From Planctomycetota bacterium (GTDB lineage Bacteria; Planctomycetota; B15-G4), in the NCBI GenBank assembly GCA_965248575.1, contig CBDFJQ010000002.1, forward strand, positions 4,096,001-4,160,000: a stretch of DNA of 64,000 nucleotides, written 5' to 3'. The notes below the pieces were generated by a model. The model saw only the letters and a program-made list of their open reading frames with translations, was not told the origin of the DNA and made no database searches. Position numbers and translations under genes: made by a program. Shown here in pieces: positions 19,201 to 28,281 of the stretch. Numbering within the stretch: the stretch's first letter is position 1; each line of letters starts with the position of its first letter.

Positions 19201-20569
19201 GCACACCGGCGCTCAGCTCGAGGAAGCCGTTGCCGTCGAGATCCACAGCGGCCAGCGAGGAGCCGAATGCCGCGTCGTTGGAGAACTCGATACCGAGCTT
19301 GCCAGAGGTTTCGCTGATCTTGGTGTGGTCGTTGACCGTGCCGTCAGCCGCGAGGAACAGGATGTAGGCAGCGCCGTGATCGGGCTGCGGAGCGTTGTTG
19401 GGGGAGACGTCGTCGTCGCCCGGCGCGCCCACGGCAAGTTCGCGGACACCGTCCTGATTCAGATCGTCCAGAAGCGCGAGGGCGCTGCCGAATTCATCCC
19501 CCGCATCCAGGGATCCGCTAAAGCCCCCGGCAGTCTCGCTGATCTTGGAGTGCGTCAGCACGGCGCCTTGAGCGTCGAGTTCCAGGATCCACACCGCACC
19601 TCGGCCTGTGCCGGAATCGTTGCCGTCGGAATCTCCCGCGGCGCCTACGGCCAGGTCCGACGTCCCGTTGCCATCGAAGTCGCCCAGGGACGCCACGGCG
19701 CTGCCGAAGCCGTCCTTGCTGCTGAGTGCACCGCCGAGGTCTGTGCCCGTGAGCTTGCGTTGGCTGTCCACGGTTCCGTCGGCCTTCATGAACAGCAACC
19801 ACACAGCACCCTGTGCGAGGGTCTGGTCGGAGTCGCGGTCGGCGCCCACGGCGAGATCGGTGATGCCATCGCCATTCAAGTCACCCAGATTGGCCAGGGA
19901 TCGCCCGAAGCCGTCGTTGGATTGAAGGGTTCCCGTGAACCCGCCGGAGCCCTCGGTGATCTTGACGTGGGAGGCCACGCTCCCGTCGCTGTTGAGGAAC
20001 AGGATCCACGCGGCTCCCCGGTTGTTGCCACCCGAGCCGTCTCCGCTGGAGCCCACCGCGAGGTCGGGGACGCCATCCCCATTCAGGTCGCCGAGGCCTG
20101 CGAGGGAGCGTCCGATGCCGTCGTTGTTCGAGAGCGCGGCGCCGAAGCCGCCAGTCGTGTTGCTGATCTTGGTCGTGGACGAGACGGTGCCGTTGGCAGC
20201 CATGAAGAGCACGTACACGGCTCCACGATCCTTGCCGCCGTCGTCATCGCCATCGGCTCCGAGCGCCATGTCGTCGATGCCATCCCCATTGATGTCACCC
20301 AGGGCCGCCACCGAGACGCCCAAGTCATCGCCAGGGTCGATGCTGCCCAGGAAGCCACCCGAGCCTTCGGCCAGGAACTGCAGCGAGTTCACCTCGCCCA
20401 GGGGCGCCTGGGCCGTGGCAGAGGAGGAGCCGAGGATGGACACCAGGACCGCGGCGACCCAGAGCGGGCTCGCCAGGGACCTGGGTTGGGGACGAGGGGA
20501 CCGGCCAGGGGACCGGCCAGAGGGCCGGGAAGTGAACCGGGAGAAGGGGGCTGCAGGACGCTTCTTCAT
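16271..20569 (-). CDS. Large secreted FG-GAP/integrin-alpha-like repeat protein with a distinct C-terminal domain
   Basis: Signal peptide ending ATAQA; about seven G-x-S..GDxNGDGxxDLAVGA repeats, then DxxGDGxxD-type repeats. Start ATG 20569. Confidence 0.9.
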   Translation of the reverse strand: MKKRPAAPFSRFTSRPSGRSPGRSPRPQPRSLASPLWVAAVLVSILGSSSATAQAPLGEVNSLQFLAEGSGGFLGSIDPGDDLGVSVAALGDINGDGIDDMALGADGDDDGGKDRGAVYVLFMAANGTVSSTTKISNTTGGFGAALSNNDGIGRSLAGLGDLNGDGVPDLAVGSSGDGSGGNNRGAAWILFLNSDGSVASHVKITEGSGGFTGTLQSNDGFGRSLANLGDLNGDGITDLAVGADRDSDQTLAQGAVWLLFMKADGTVDSQRKLTGTDLGGALSSKDGFGSAVASLGDFDGNGTSDLAVGAAGDSDGNDSGTGRGAVWILELDAQGAVLTHSKISETAGGFSGSLDAGDEFGSALALLDDLNQDGVRELAVGAPGDDDVSPNNAPQPDHGAAYILFLAADGTVNDHTKISETSGKLGIEFSNDAAFGSSLAAVDLDGNGFLELSAGVPGSSGGGASTVLFLVTPAGDDGNQPYEGAVTTLTGRPGRPTLVVVPPDASLPPPPDFIGTPIIIVPKSDGDLVRAQGVDGDASSGFSEGASYPTEESPAQAGAGNFDSVSGGFLGGGLTALSDVVTANTDSDSVSVLIGLPDGTFAPAVNTALAADTQPIAIQVGDFDGDQKDDVAVAGADGVTVMLGDGMASFTTQTFVPVADLTDLDLAFVNDDAFLDVVTTSGTLAVGSGQESGFATVLLGNGDGSLAEVSSFSPGQALASVLLGELNQDGNVDALITTHQFDGGPNGEPQGVIELFLGDGNGSFSLSPVFTGFMTPDVGGVHPTYGSLADLTGDGRLDALYTSTSSLAYPLTAFANQHPPVVLTLLEADGAGGFNVSELGTAYSGKGVTPVIEDYSLPTDQVPDAVLVWHEDVLAGTGSATEENQTFLALLSGNGMASIFDDITANQFATGDEPGDGVLADIDGIGQDSVSTLDIAVPNRADNSLTILLGQGDGSFVAAPVVTNVDDTVSPGPTWVGGPRVVYFGGKTVVNGSVFGFPLVAYNAWEDTGPGADPTVLASLSLFSGGVSGQLVKAQQLMLPKGGDFAQLDLDDDAVSDIVVTQFLGAPSGSDSIHVYMGLGPASGMVDTQPVVVPVPAGFQLTGGLHLANFLGSALPDLVTSAVDTASQEGFVIVFENSAGSFLPGLAWPMGDTWSRIRGLDVGDLNGNGLFDIALGEADGRLYLARGQADGSFLPAPPAPILGNIAGGALELAEITGDGVLDLISASDLGQTGLGQAYVRTARGSATGLHSLQTVGGLASIDADGKALRPLVGDVDGDGSAELVLIHGLSDSLSIFPNAFHTFESYGLSKPGAGGITPTLEGKGYTILGGTPKFVISQGVGGAPSLVQFGLGRTPLLFPAVGMVINQFILPLSGTPGAPGAGNFSITVTMPADPAFLGIEFTLQAIILDGAAGAPEPWGFSITEGLAFTLVE

Positions 20570-20805
20570 GACGGAGACTCTTGGCCAGATCCTTGCGGGA
20601 GGGGGTCGGGCTCCGACCGGACCGGAGACTCGACACCGCAAGCGAGTGAGAAGGGGACACCCTGGAACATGATTCCATCCAGGCTCGCGAGGATGCCGCG
20701 ATGGCCCTGAATGGGATTCCGTTGCCCGGGTCGAAGGCCCCCGCCTTCACAGGTGGATCCTAATCCCATATCCACTGCTCAGGGGGGCTGCAGCGGGATC
20801 GGCCG

Positions 20806-22311
20806 TTACTTTAGGTAGCCCAGGGCCCGCAGCTGCTCCAGATGCTCCTCGTCCATGGCCTGAGGTTGGACGTCGAGTGGGCCCGATCCGGACTCTTCGG
20901 CACCCTGCAAGGGCGTCCCACGTAGGTGCCACTGGGCCAGCCAGGCCTGCATGGAGAGCACGAGGTCCGGGCGCTCTGAGGCGAGGTTGTGGCTTTCCGT
21001 CGGGTCTTGCTCCAGGTCATAGAGTTGGACGAGCCGCGGCTCCTCCATGTCCGGCGGGCTTTGGCTTGCTACGCCCACCAGGGGCGTGATCAGCTTGAAC
21101 CGTCCGTCGCGCAGGGACTCGGCTCGCCCGCCCTTCTGGACCTGGCTGCTGACGGCGATGCGGTGGGCCGTCTCCTCGCCTGTCATGAGTGGGACGAGGC
21201 TGGCTCCGCGGCCCGGCTTGTCAGCCACCGGGGCGGCTGGAGTCTCCAGCTCCACGGACAGCAGCTCGGCGAGGGTGGGCAGGATGTCGATGCTGCGCAC
21301 CTGGGTGCTCACGGTCTTCACGGCCCAGCTGCGCGTGGGGTCATGGATGATCAGAGGCACCAACAGGAGGTTGTCCTTGAGCGAATGCCCATGGTCGAAG
21401 GCCAGGTGCTCGGGATGTTCGCCCAATTCTTCCCCGTGATCGGAAGTGACAGCGACCACCGTGCTCTCGCGCAACCCCAGCTCGTCGAGGAAGCCGAGGA
21501 AGTTGCCGATGTGGCGATCGGTGCTGGCGATGCCGCCATCGTAGAGGCGACGGATGTGCTCCCGCTCTTGTTCGGTGAGTTTGATCTCTCCTCGCTCGGT
21601 GGCACGAAGCAGCTCGATGTCGAAGTGATCGCCAATGCGTCCACCTTCGCCCTGTGTGAAGCGTGGGCGCTCGTAGGGTGTGTGGACCTCGTAGGTGTGG
21701 ATCACCAGGAGGAAGGGGCTGTCGCCATGCTGGGCGAGCCACTGGCGGGCCTGGGAGAAGGTGCGGGCCACGCCGCCCACGAGCGGCTGTTTTGCGTTGA
21801 GCCGCTTGCCTGAGACGACGGCATGAAAAGCACCGCTCTCTTCGGAGAAGGTGTCGAAGCCCCGGTCCATGTCGAAGTGCTTGGAGACGAAGGCGCCTTC
21901 GGTGAAGGCAGCCGTCTGTAGGCCTGCCGTCTGGAAGCTCTCGATGAGCGAACTCTTCAACCTCAGCTTGCGGTTGAAGGCGGCTTCCGGCGAACGGCCG
22001 GCGAGCAGGGCAGCCACGCTGGGCATGGTCCACGGGGCAGCGCTCACGGCCTGCTCGAAGCGCACGCCTTGCGCGGCAAGCCGGTCGAGGTTCGGGCTCG
22101 TGTTGCGAGGGTGGCCGTAGGACCCCAGACGATCGGGACGCAGGGTGTCGACCAGGATCAAGACGGCGCCTTGGGGGCGGCTGGGTGTGGGAGACGAGGG
22201 CTCCGAGCACCCCGCAAGCAAGCTGAGGAGGGCCGCAAGCAGCGCGCACACGCTCTGGTATGGGGGCGCCTGCAGGGGCGTGGTGAGCCGGTCGAGAGTC
22301 GGCGAAAGCAC
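20806..22311 (-). CDS. Sulfatase-like/alkaline phosphatase superfamily lipoprotein
   Basis: Lipobox LLAGC; VDTLRPD, APWTMPS, HTPY, TSDHGE and LYDLEQDPTE. Start uncertain (GTG 22311 chosen). Confidence 0.85.
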   Translation of the reverse strand: MLSPTLDRLTTPLQAPPYQSVCALLAALLSLLAGCSEPSSPTPSRPQGAVLILVDTLRPDRLGSYGHPRNTSPNLDRLAAQGVRFEQAVSAAPWTMPSVAALLAGRSPEAAFNRKLRLKSSLIESFQTAGLQTAAFTEGAFVSKHFDMDRGFDTFSEESGAFHAVVSGKRLNAKQPLVGGVARTFSQARQWLAQHGDSPFLLVIHTYEVHTPYERPRFTQGEGGRIGDHFDIELLRATERGEIKLTEQEREHIRRLYDGGIASTDRHIGNFLGFLDELGLRESTVVAVTSDHGEELGEHPEHLAFDHGHSLKDNLLLVPLIIHDPTRSWAVKTVSTQVRSIDILPTLAELLSVELETPAAPVADKPGRGASLVPLMTGEETAHRIAVSSQVQKGGRAESLRDGRFKLITPLVGVASQSPPDMEEPRLVQLYDLEQDPTESHNLASERPDLVLSMQAWLAQWHLRGTPLQGAEESGSGPLDVQPQAMDEEHLEQLRALGYLK

Positions 22312-22460
22312 GTCAGGGGCAGGGCCGTGGAGAGGGGCGGAGCGGGGGCAGGTGGCCTCGAAAGGCAGGGGCCCAAGCAGGGGCCCAAGACTTGAAGCAT
22401 GATGGCTGTGACTGGGGCAATATCGTGGGCCCGCCGCGTCAAGCACACAAGGAGTTTGCC

Positions 22461-23003
22461 ATGTTCCGTCTCTGCACGCTTTTGGTCCTGGCGATGGTGT
22501 CCGTGCCCGGGGCGACCCTCTTCAAAGGGCGCCTGCAACGGATCCATGACGAGTGGGCAACGGAGAAGCCCTTCGACCGGAGCCAGTCCCGAGACTACGA
22601 CGAGGTGAACTTCGCGGCCCATGGCCTGACGGAGATCTCCCTGGAACGGGACGACCTTGCGGGAGTGGGCCCTGCGTACGCCGTGTCGTTCAGTTCAGAC
22701 GGTGCCGCGCGCTTCATGGGCATACGACATGGCGAGCGTATGGGCTTCTACGAAGGCACGCTCGCGCGCTGGCAATTCGATGCCTTGGCCCAGTTCGCCG
22801 AGTCCATGGGTTTCAGGGAACTCGAGCACACCTACCTCGGGACGATCGTGGATCAATCGGCGGTGTTCACGAGCGTCGTGCGCCGAGGAGAGCGCAGCGT
22901 GGTCCGCAACAACTCACGGGCAGGGCCGCCCGCGCTCTGGGTCTTTGAGCAGACCATTGAGAAGCTCATGGGCGATGTCGATTGGAAGCCCTCCGATAAT
23001 TAG
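22461..23003 (+). CDS. DUF6438-like secreted protein
   Basis: AAGGAG RBS before ATG 22461; signal peptide; EISLER...GPAYAVSFSSDG pattern. Confidence 0.6.
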   Translation: MFRLCTLLVLAMVSVPGATLFKGRLQRIHDEWATEKPFDRSQSRDYDEVNFAAHGLTEISLERDDLAGVGPAYAVSFSSDGAARFMGIRHGERMGFYEGTLARWQFDALAQFAESMGFRELEHTYLGTIVDQSAVFTSVVRRGERSVVRNNSRAGPPALWVFEQTIEKLMGDVDWKPSDN

Positions 23004-23031
23004 AACCCCAGTGGCTTTTGAGTTCTCGTCA

Positions 23032-23047
23032 TGACACGGGCATGACA
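23032..23047 (+). promoter_or_regulatory. OmpR-type direct-repeat box TGACA-CGGGCA-TGACA (HemR-box-like) upstream of hemA
   Basis: Perfect 5-bp direct repeat with 11-bp period at the -35 region. It matches the TGACA-N6-TGACA consensus I recall for Leptospira HemR. Confidence 0.8.
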
Positions 23048-23067
23048 GTCCGCCCCGCCGTCCTTTC

Positions 23068-23073
23068 TAGACT
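23068..23073 (+). promoter_or_regulatory. Putative -10 element TAGACT for a leaderless hemA transcript
   Basis: TANNNT hexamer 6 nt before the ATG at 23080; no Shine-Dalgarno sequence visible. Confidence 0.6.
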
Positions 23074-23079
23074 GCTGTC

Positions 23080-24324
23080 ATGGAACGCATCGCCGTCGCC
23101 GGCCTGACTCTTCACGATACGGATCTTTCCGGTTTGGAACGCGTCCGGCGCCCCGCGGTCGGGGAGGAGAACGCCTTCCTGCGCTGTCTCAGTGATGAAC
23201 TGGGGGCCTCGGAATTGGTGCTCCTCGCCACCTGCAATCGGGTGGAGGTGATCTACGCCCGGGAGGAGGGGGACCCCCCTGGGGCCGAGGACCTGGACCA
23301 GCTCAACAAGTTCCTGGTGACGGAGAAGACGGACGGGCCAATCCCCTTCGTCTTGCGCCAAGGGCGGGAGGCCATCCAGCATCTCTTCCGGGTGACCTGC
23401 TCCCTGGACTCGCTCGTGTTGGGTGAGGACCAGATCATTGCCCAGGTGCGTTCGGCCTACGGTCGCTCGGCGGACATCGGTCTGGTGGGCAACCTCCTGG
23501 CCCCGCTGTTCCACCACGCGTTGCAGATCGGCAAGAAGGTGCGCAGCGAAACAGAGTTGGCCCGACACCCGGTCTCGGTCGTGAACCTCGCGGTTCAGCG
23601 CCTTGCCCAGGAGCAGGACGCGGCGCAGCTTTGCACGGCTGTGGTGGGTGCAGGCGAGATGGGTGGCCTGTTGGCGCGCACCTTGCAGACCGCCGGCCTG
23701 GCGCCAACCTTCCTCGTGAATCGCAGCCTGGACAAGGCCGTGGGCCTGGCGCGCGAAGTCGGTGCAGCTGCCGTGTCGCTGGAGTCCTTCTTGGCCGGAG
23801 AGCACCCGGTGGATGTCGTGGTGACCGCGACCGCCTCGCCCCAGGTGCTGTTCCCTGCAGCGGGCTTGGGAGAACTCGCCAGGCAATGCCCCGGCGGCGG
23901 CCCCCTGTTGGGGATCGACCTCGCCGTGCCACGCAACCTGCCCGCGGAGGCGGGCCCGGGTGTCGAGATCATGGATCTGGATGCCTTGCGCAGCATCGCC
24001 GACTTCAACCGCGGGCGGCGTGCCGAGGCGGCTGGCGAGGCAGAGGCCCTCGTTCGCGACAAGCTGGATCGCTATGTGCAACGCTTCAACGAGGAGGCGG
24101 CAGCGCCGGCTGTTTCGGAGCTGAAGCAGGCGGCTGAGGAGATCCTCGTGCGCGAATTGCAGTCGCTCCTGAGCGGGCGCCTCGCTCATCTGGATGGCCA
24201 GGATCGTCAGGCCATCCAACGTTGGGCACGAGCCACGTTCGGGAGGCTCATGCACCCCTCAGTGACCGCCTTGAAGCGAATGGCAGCAGACAAGGTTGAG
24301 AGCCCTGAAGAGGAGTCCCTGTGA
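23080..24324 (+). CDS. hemA: Glutamyl-tRNA reductase
   Basis: ATCNRVE, LDSLVLGEDQI..QVR, GAGEMG, VNRS and DLAVPRN. Confidence 0.95.
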   Translation: MERIAVAGLTLHDTDLSGLERVRRPAVGEENAFLRCLSDELGASELVLLATCNRVEVIYAREEGDPPGAEDLDQLNKFLVTEKTDGPIPFVLRQGREAIQHLFRVTCSLDSLVLGEDQIIAQVRSAYGRSADIGLVGNLLAPLFHHALQIGKKVRSETELARHPVSVVNLAVQRLAQEQDAAQLCTAVVGAGEMGGLLARTLQTAGLAPTFLVNRSLDKAVGLAREVGAAAVSLESFLAGEHPVDVVVTATASPQVLFPAAGLGELARQCPGGGPLLGIDLAVPRNLPAEAGPGVEIMDLDALRSIADFNRGRRAEAAGEAEALVRDKLDRYVQRFNEEAAAPAVSELKQAAEEILVRELQSLLSGRLAHLDGQDRQAIQRWARATFGRLMHPSVTALKRMAADKVESPEEESL

Positions 24325-26027
24325 AGATTCGGATTGGAACACGTGGGTCGGACCTGGCTCTGTGGCAGGCGAACCACATCGCGTCGCGATTGACGGAAGG
24401 CGGCGGCGGAGCGGTGGAGGTCGAGCTGTGCATCATCAAGACGCGCGGTGACACCATCGACGACGTGCCGCTACAAAACGTCGAGGGCAAGGCGTTCTTC
24501 ACCGCTGAGATCGAGAAGGCTCTGCTGGACGGCGAGGTGGATCTCGCTGTCCACAGCCACAAGGACCTTGCCACCAGCTCGCCCGACGGTTTGGTCATCA
24601 TGGCTGTCCCCGAGCGCGGGCCCGTGGCCGAGGTCTTGCTGATCCAAGAGGCTGCCTACGATCCCGGCGCACCCTTGCTGCCGCTCAAGGCGGGTGCGCG
24701 GGTCGGCACCAGCGCGCCACGCCGTCGCGCACAGCTGCTCGCCCTGCGCCCCGACCTGGACGTCGCGGATCTGCGCGGCAATGTCCCCACGCGCGTGCGC
24801 CGCTGCCAGTCGGGGCTGTATGACGCCGTCGTCCTGGCGGCAGCTGGCATCGAACGCCTGGAGTTGTCGACCGAGGGGCTGACCTGCGTGGCCCTCTCTC
24901 TGGATGACTTCGTGCCCGCGCCAGCTCAGGGTGCGCTGGCCATTCAGATTCGTGACGGCGACAAGGCGCTGGCCGACCTCTGTCGCGCTCACCTTCACCA
25001 CGAAGCCACGGCGGCCCGGGTGGAAGCGGAACGCTCGCTTCTGGAACGCCTCGGCGGCGGCTGCAGCATGCCACTCGGCGTGCACATTGATCTGGAGGAT
25101 GGCGTGCGCGCCCGGGCCTTCCTGGGCGCTGGCTGTCCCACGCCGGAGGCACCTCTGCGCTGGGCAGAGGCGACGGGCGAGACGCCCCAGGCTGCCGCCG
25201 ACGCCGTGCTGGAGCTCTTGATGAGCCCCACGCCCACGGGCTTCGGCCCCTTGGCCGGGACGCACGTGGTCCTGGTGGGGACGGGCCTCAGCACCGATCT
25301 CGGCGCGGGGACAAGCGCCCCGAAGGGCGGCGGACTGGCCCACTCCCTCGAAGCCTTGGGCGCTCGAGTGAGCCACGACCAGGTACTCGCCCATGAAGAG
25401 CTGCCTCAGCCGCAGCTGAGCGAGCGCCTGGCCGCGCTGTCGGCGGGAGACGCCTTGGCCATCACGAGTCAGGAAGCGGCACGCCGCCTGGCGGGGCACA
25501 CGGTCCCGGCGGGAGTGGGTGTGGCTGCGGTGGGTCCTGCAACGGCCCGGGCCCTGGCGAGCTCCGGCATCGAGGTGAGTCATGTGGGCGAGGGTGGGGC
25601 TGCCGAGCTGGCGCGAGACCTACCCCTGGCGGCGGATGCACGCGTGTTGTTCGTGTGCGCCGAGCAGCCTCGGGACGAGTTGCGCGCCGGTCTGGAGCAA
25701 CGATCGATTCCGGTGGAGCTGTTGCCCGTCTATCGCACGGTGCCCGCCGATGGGGGGGCACCCGTAGGTGATGCCGACATGCGGCTCTATATGAGCCCCT
25801 CGGCGGTGACGGCCTCGCATGCCTTCGGCCGGGAGGCTTCACGCCCCGCCGCGCTTCGCTTGGGTCTGGGGACGGCGACGTGCGAGGCTCTGTCGGCAGC
25901 GGGGCTGGATCACCATGCACCTCCGTCTTCGGGGCCTGCCGCGGCCCTCGCGCTGGCCGCCTCCCTGCTCGTCAGCCGTGCCGGTGGCCGGGAGGTCTCT
26001 GCATCAAGCTCTAGGAGAACGCCCTGA
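24321..26027 (+). CDS. hemC: Hydroxymethylbilane synthase fused to a C-terminal uroporphyrinogen-III synthase-like domain
   Basis: IGTRGSDLALWQA, AVHSHKD, GTSAPRR, LRGNVPTR, PAPAQGAL and GGGCSMP; C-terminal ITSQEAA, AAVGPATARAL, VYRT and SPSAV (HemD-like). Confidence 0.9.
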   Translation: MKIRIGTRGSDLALWQANHIASRLTEGGGGAVEVELCIIKTRGDTIDDVPLQNVEGKAFFTAEIEKALLDGEVDLAVHSHKDLATSSPDGLVIMAVPERGPVAEVLLIQEAAYDPGAPLLPLKAGARVGTSAPRRRAQLLALRPDLDVADLRGNVPTRVRRCQSGLYDAVVLAAAGIERLELSTEGLTCVALSLDDFVPAPAQGALAIQIRDGDKALADLCRAHLHHEATAARVEAERSLLERLGGGCSMPLGVHIDLEDGVRARAFLGAGCPTPEAPLRWAEATGETPQAAADAVLELLMSPTPTGFGPLAGTHVVLVGTGLSTDLGAGTSAPKGGGLAHSLEALGARVSHDQVLAHEELPQPQLSERLAALSAGDALAITSQEAARRLAGHTVPAGVGVAAVGPATARALASSGIEVSHVGEGGAAELARDLPLAADARVLFVCAEQPRDELRAGLEQRSIPVELLPVYRTVPADGGAPVGDADMRLYMSPSAVTASHAFGREASRPAALRLGLGTATCEALSAAGLDHHAPPSSGPAAALALAASLLVSRAGGREVSASSSRRTP

Positions 26028-26998
26028 TGACCATTCGCCCCCGACGCCTGCGCACCACATCCCGCATGCGCGAGGCCGTTGCCCAAACGCGACTCGACCC
26101 CTCGCGGCTGATCGTGCCGCACTTCGTCATGGAAGGGCAGGGCGCGGATGTGCCCATCGATTCCATGCCAGGGGTTGCGCGCATGAGCATCGGCCGACTG
26201 GTGGAGCAGGTCCAGGCCGACCACGCTTCAGGGCTCGCCAACGTGCTTCTGTTCGGAGTCACCGAACAAAAGGACGCGGCGGCGAAGGCTGCCACCGACC
26301 CGGACGGTCTGATCCCCCGGGCGGTGCGCGCCCTGCGCGATGCCCTCGGCGACGATCTGCTGATCATCACGGACGTCTGCTTGTGCGGGGCGACCGACCA
26401 TGGCCACTGCGGTGTGTTGCGGGACGGCGTGGTCCAGAACGATGAGAGCCTCGGCCTGCTGGCCGACGCAGCGCTTGCTCACGCCCAGGCCGGGGCTGAC
26501 GTCGTGGCGCCCTCCGACATGATGGACCTGCGCGTGGCCGCCATCCGCGATCGCCTTGAGGAGGAGGGCTTCGTCGACACGTCGATCCTCTCCTACTCGA
26601 CCAAGTTCGCCTCTGCCTTCTACGGGCCGTTTCGCGATGCGGCCTCGAGTGCGCCCCAGGCTGGCGATCGCAAGAGCTACCAGATGGATCCGCGCAATCG
26701 TCGCGAGGCCTTGCGCGAGAGTTTGCTCGACGAGCAGGAGGGCGCCGACATGCTCATGGTCAAGCCGGCCCTCAGCTATCTGGATGTGATCGCGGACATC
26801 GCCCAGGAGGCGTTGATCCCCCTGGCTGCCTACAACGTGTCGGGCGAGTACAGCATGGTGAAGGCCGCAGCCGAGCGCGGCTGGGTCGAGGAGGCACGCG
26901 TCGTCCCTGAGATCCTGGGCTCCATGGCTCGTGCGGGGGCGGACCTGATCATCAGCTATCACGCCCGCGACGCCGTGCAGAAAGGATGGTTGTCATGA
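26027..26998 (+). CDS. hemB: Porphobilinogen synthase (ALA dehydratase)
   Basis: RPRRLR, DVCLC..TDHGHCG (Zn-type), APSDMMD, FYGPFRDA, MVKPA and AYNVSGEY. Confidence 0.97.
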   Translation: MTIRPRRLRTTSRMREAVAQTRLDPSRLIVPHFVMEGQGADVPIDSMPGVARMSIGRLVEQVQADHASGLANVLLFGVTEQKDAAAKAATDPDGLIPRAVRALRDALGDDLLIITDVCLCGATDHGHCGVLRDGVVQNDESLGLLADAALAHAQAGADVVAPSDMMDLRVAAIRDRLEEEGFVDTSILSYSTKFASAFYGPFRDAASSAPQAGDRKSYQMDPRNRREALRESLLDEQEGADMLMVKPALSYLDVIADIAQEALIPLAAYNVSGEYSMVKAAAERGWVEEARVVPEILGSMARAGADLIISYHARDAVQKGWLS

Positions 26999-28281
26999 CG
27001 AACCTGCTTGAGCGGGCCCGAGCTGCCATGCCCGGCGGTGTGTCGAGCCCCGTTCGCGCCTTCGGGGCGGTGGAGGGCGACCCGCCCTTCGTCACCAAGG
27101 GCGCGGGGGCGCGCGTCTGGGATTCAGACGGCCGCAGCTCGGTGGATCTCGTCTGTAGCTGGGGCCCGCTGATCCTCGGCCATGGGCACCCCATCGTGTT
27201 GGAGGCCGTGCAGCGCGCGCTCGTGGACGGCCTGACCTTCGGCGCCACCTGCGAGGCGGAGGTCGAGTTGGCGGAGCGCATCCTCTCGCGTTTCCCCAGT
27301 TGTGAGCGGGTGCGGTTCACGAGCAGCGGGACCGAGGCAACCATGGGCGCCGTCCGCCTGGCTCGGGGCGTGACGGGGCGTTCGCGCATCGTGAAGTTCG
27401 ACGGTTGTTATCACGGGCACCATGACGCGGTCCTGGTCAAAGGGGGCTCGGGCCTCGCCACCTTCGGGACGCCCTCCTCTGCTGGCGTGCCTGCGGAGTT
27501 CACCGCCTTGACCGAAGTGTTGCCCCTCGACGACGAGCAGGCGGCAAGCGATCTCTTCGCTGTGAAGGGTGACGAAATTGCCGTGGTCATCGTCGAGCCC
27601 ATGCCCGCCAACGCCGGCCTGCTCATTCAGCGACAGTCTTTCCTGGAGCACTTGCGAATCCTGTGCAGCCAGTACGGCGCGCTGCTCATGTTCGACGAGG
27701 TGATCTCGGGCTTTCGCGTGGCGCCGGGCGGCATGACCGAGCGCACGGGTATCACGCCGGACCTGGTCGCGGTCGGCAAGATCGTCGGGGGCGGCATGCC
27801 GGTGGGGGCCTTCATGGGGACGGCCAGCGTCATGGATCAGCTGGCTCCCTTGGGGCCCGTCTATCACGCAGGAACCCTGTCCGGGAATCCTATCGCCATG
27901 GCCGCGGGCCGGGCGACGTTGGACGTCCTGGAGCAGCCGGGCACCTACGAACGCCTGGACGAGCTGGGCGCCCGCCTGGCCCAGGGTTGGAGGCAGGCCC
28001 TGAGCGAAACGGGCGTGCCGGGCAGCATCGCGCGAGTGGGCTCGGTGCTCTGGGCCTGTCTGCAGGACGGGCCCACGCCGCGGGCCTACCATCTCATCGA
28101 GGAGGGCGGAGCCAAGCTCTACAGCCGCCTGCACGCTGCCGCTCTCGAACACGGGACATGGATGGCGCCCTCGGCCTATGAGGTGGCGTTCCTCTCCACG
28201 GCTCACGAGGAGGCGCACATCGATGAGGCCGTCGCGGCCTTCCACCACGGCCTGCTCGTGGCCAGTGGGCAGCGCCCGTGA
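26995..28281 (+). CDS. hemL: Glutamate-1-semialdehyde 2,1-aminomutase
   Basis: MPGGVSSPVRAF, SGTEATM, GCYHGH, FDEVISGFR, GKIVGGGMP and AGTLSGNP. ATGA overlap with hemB. Confidence 0.97.
   Translation: MTNLLERARAAMPGGVSSPVRAFGAVEGDPPFVTKGAGARVWDSDGRSSVDLVCSWGPLILGHGHPIVLEAVQRALVDGLTFGATCEAEVELAERILSRFPSCERVRFTSSGTEATMGAVRLARGVTGRSRIVKFDGCYHGHHDAVLVKGGSGLATFGTPSSAGVPAEFTALTEVLPLDDEQAASDLFAVKGDEIAVVIVEPMPANAGLLIQRQSFLEHLRILCSQYGALLMFDEVISGFRVAPGGMTERTGITPDLVAVGKIVGGGMPVGAFMGTASVMDQLAPLGPVYHAGTLSGNPIAMAAGRATLDVLEQPGTYERLDELGARLAQGWRQALSETGVPGSIARVGSVLWACLQDGPTPRAYHLIEEGGAKLYSRLHAAALEHGTWMAPSAYEVAFLSTAHEEAHIDEAVAAFHHGLLVASGQRP

Noticed and set aside
13447..20710. Long antisense ORFs (e.g. 13447-15510, 18320-20710; likewise 7312-8949, 31127-32620, 58667-60874)
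   Set aside because: Shadow ORFs opposite well-supported genes, expected from GC3 bias; no recognisable motifs.
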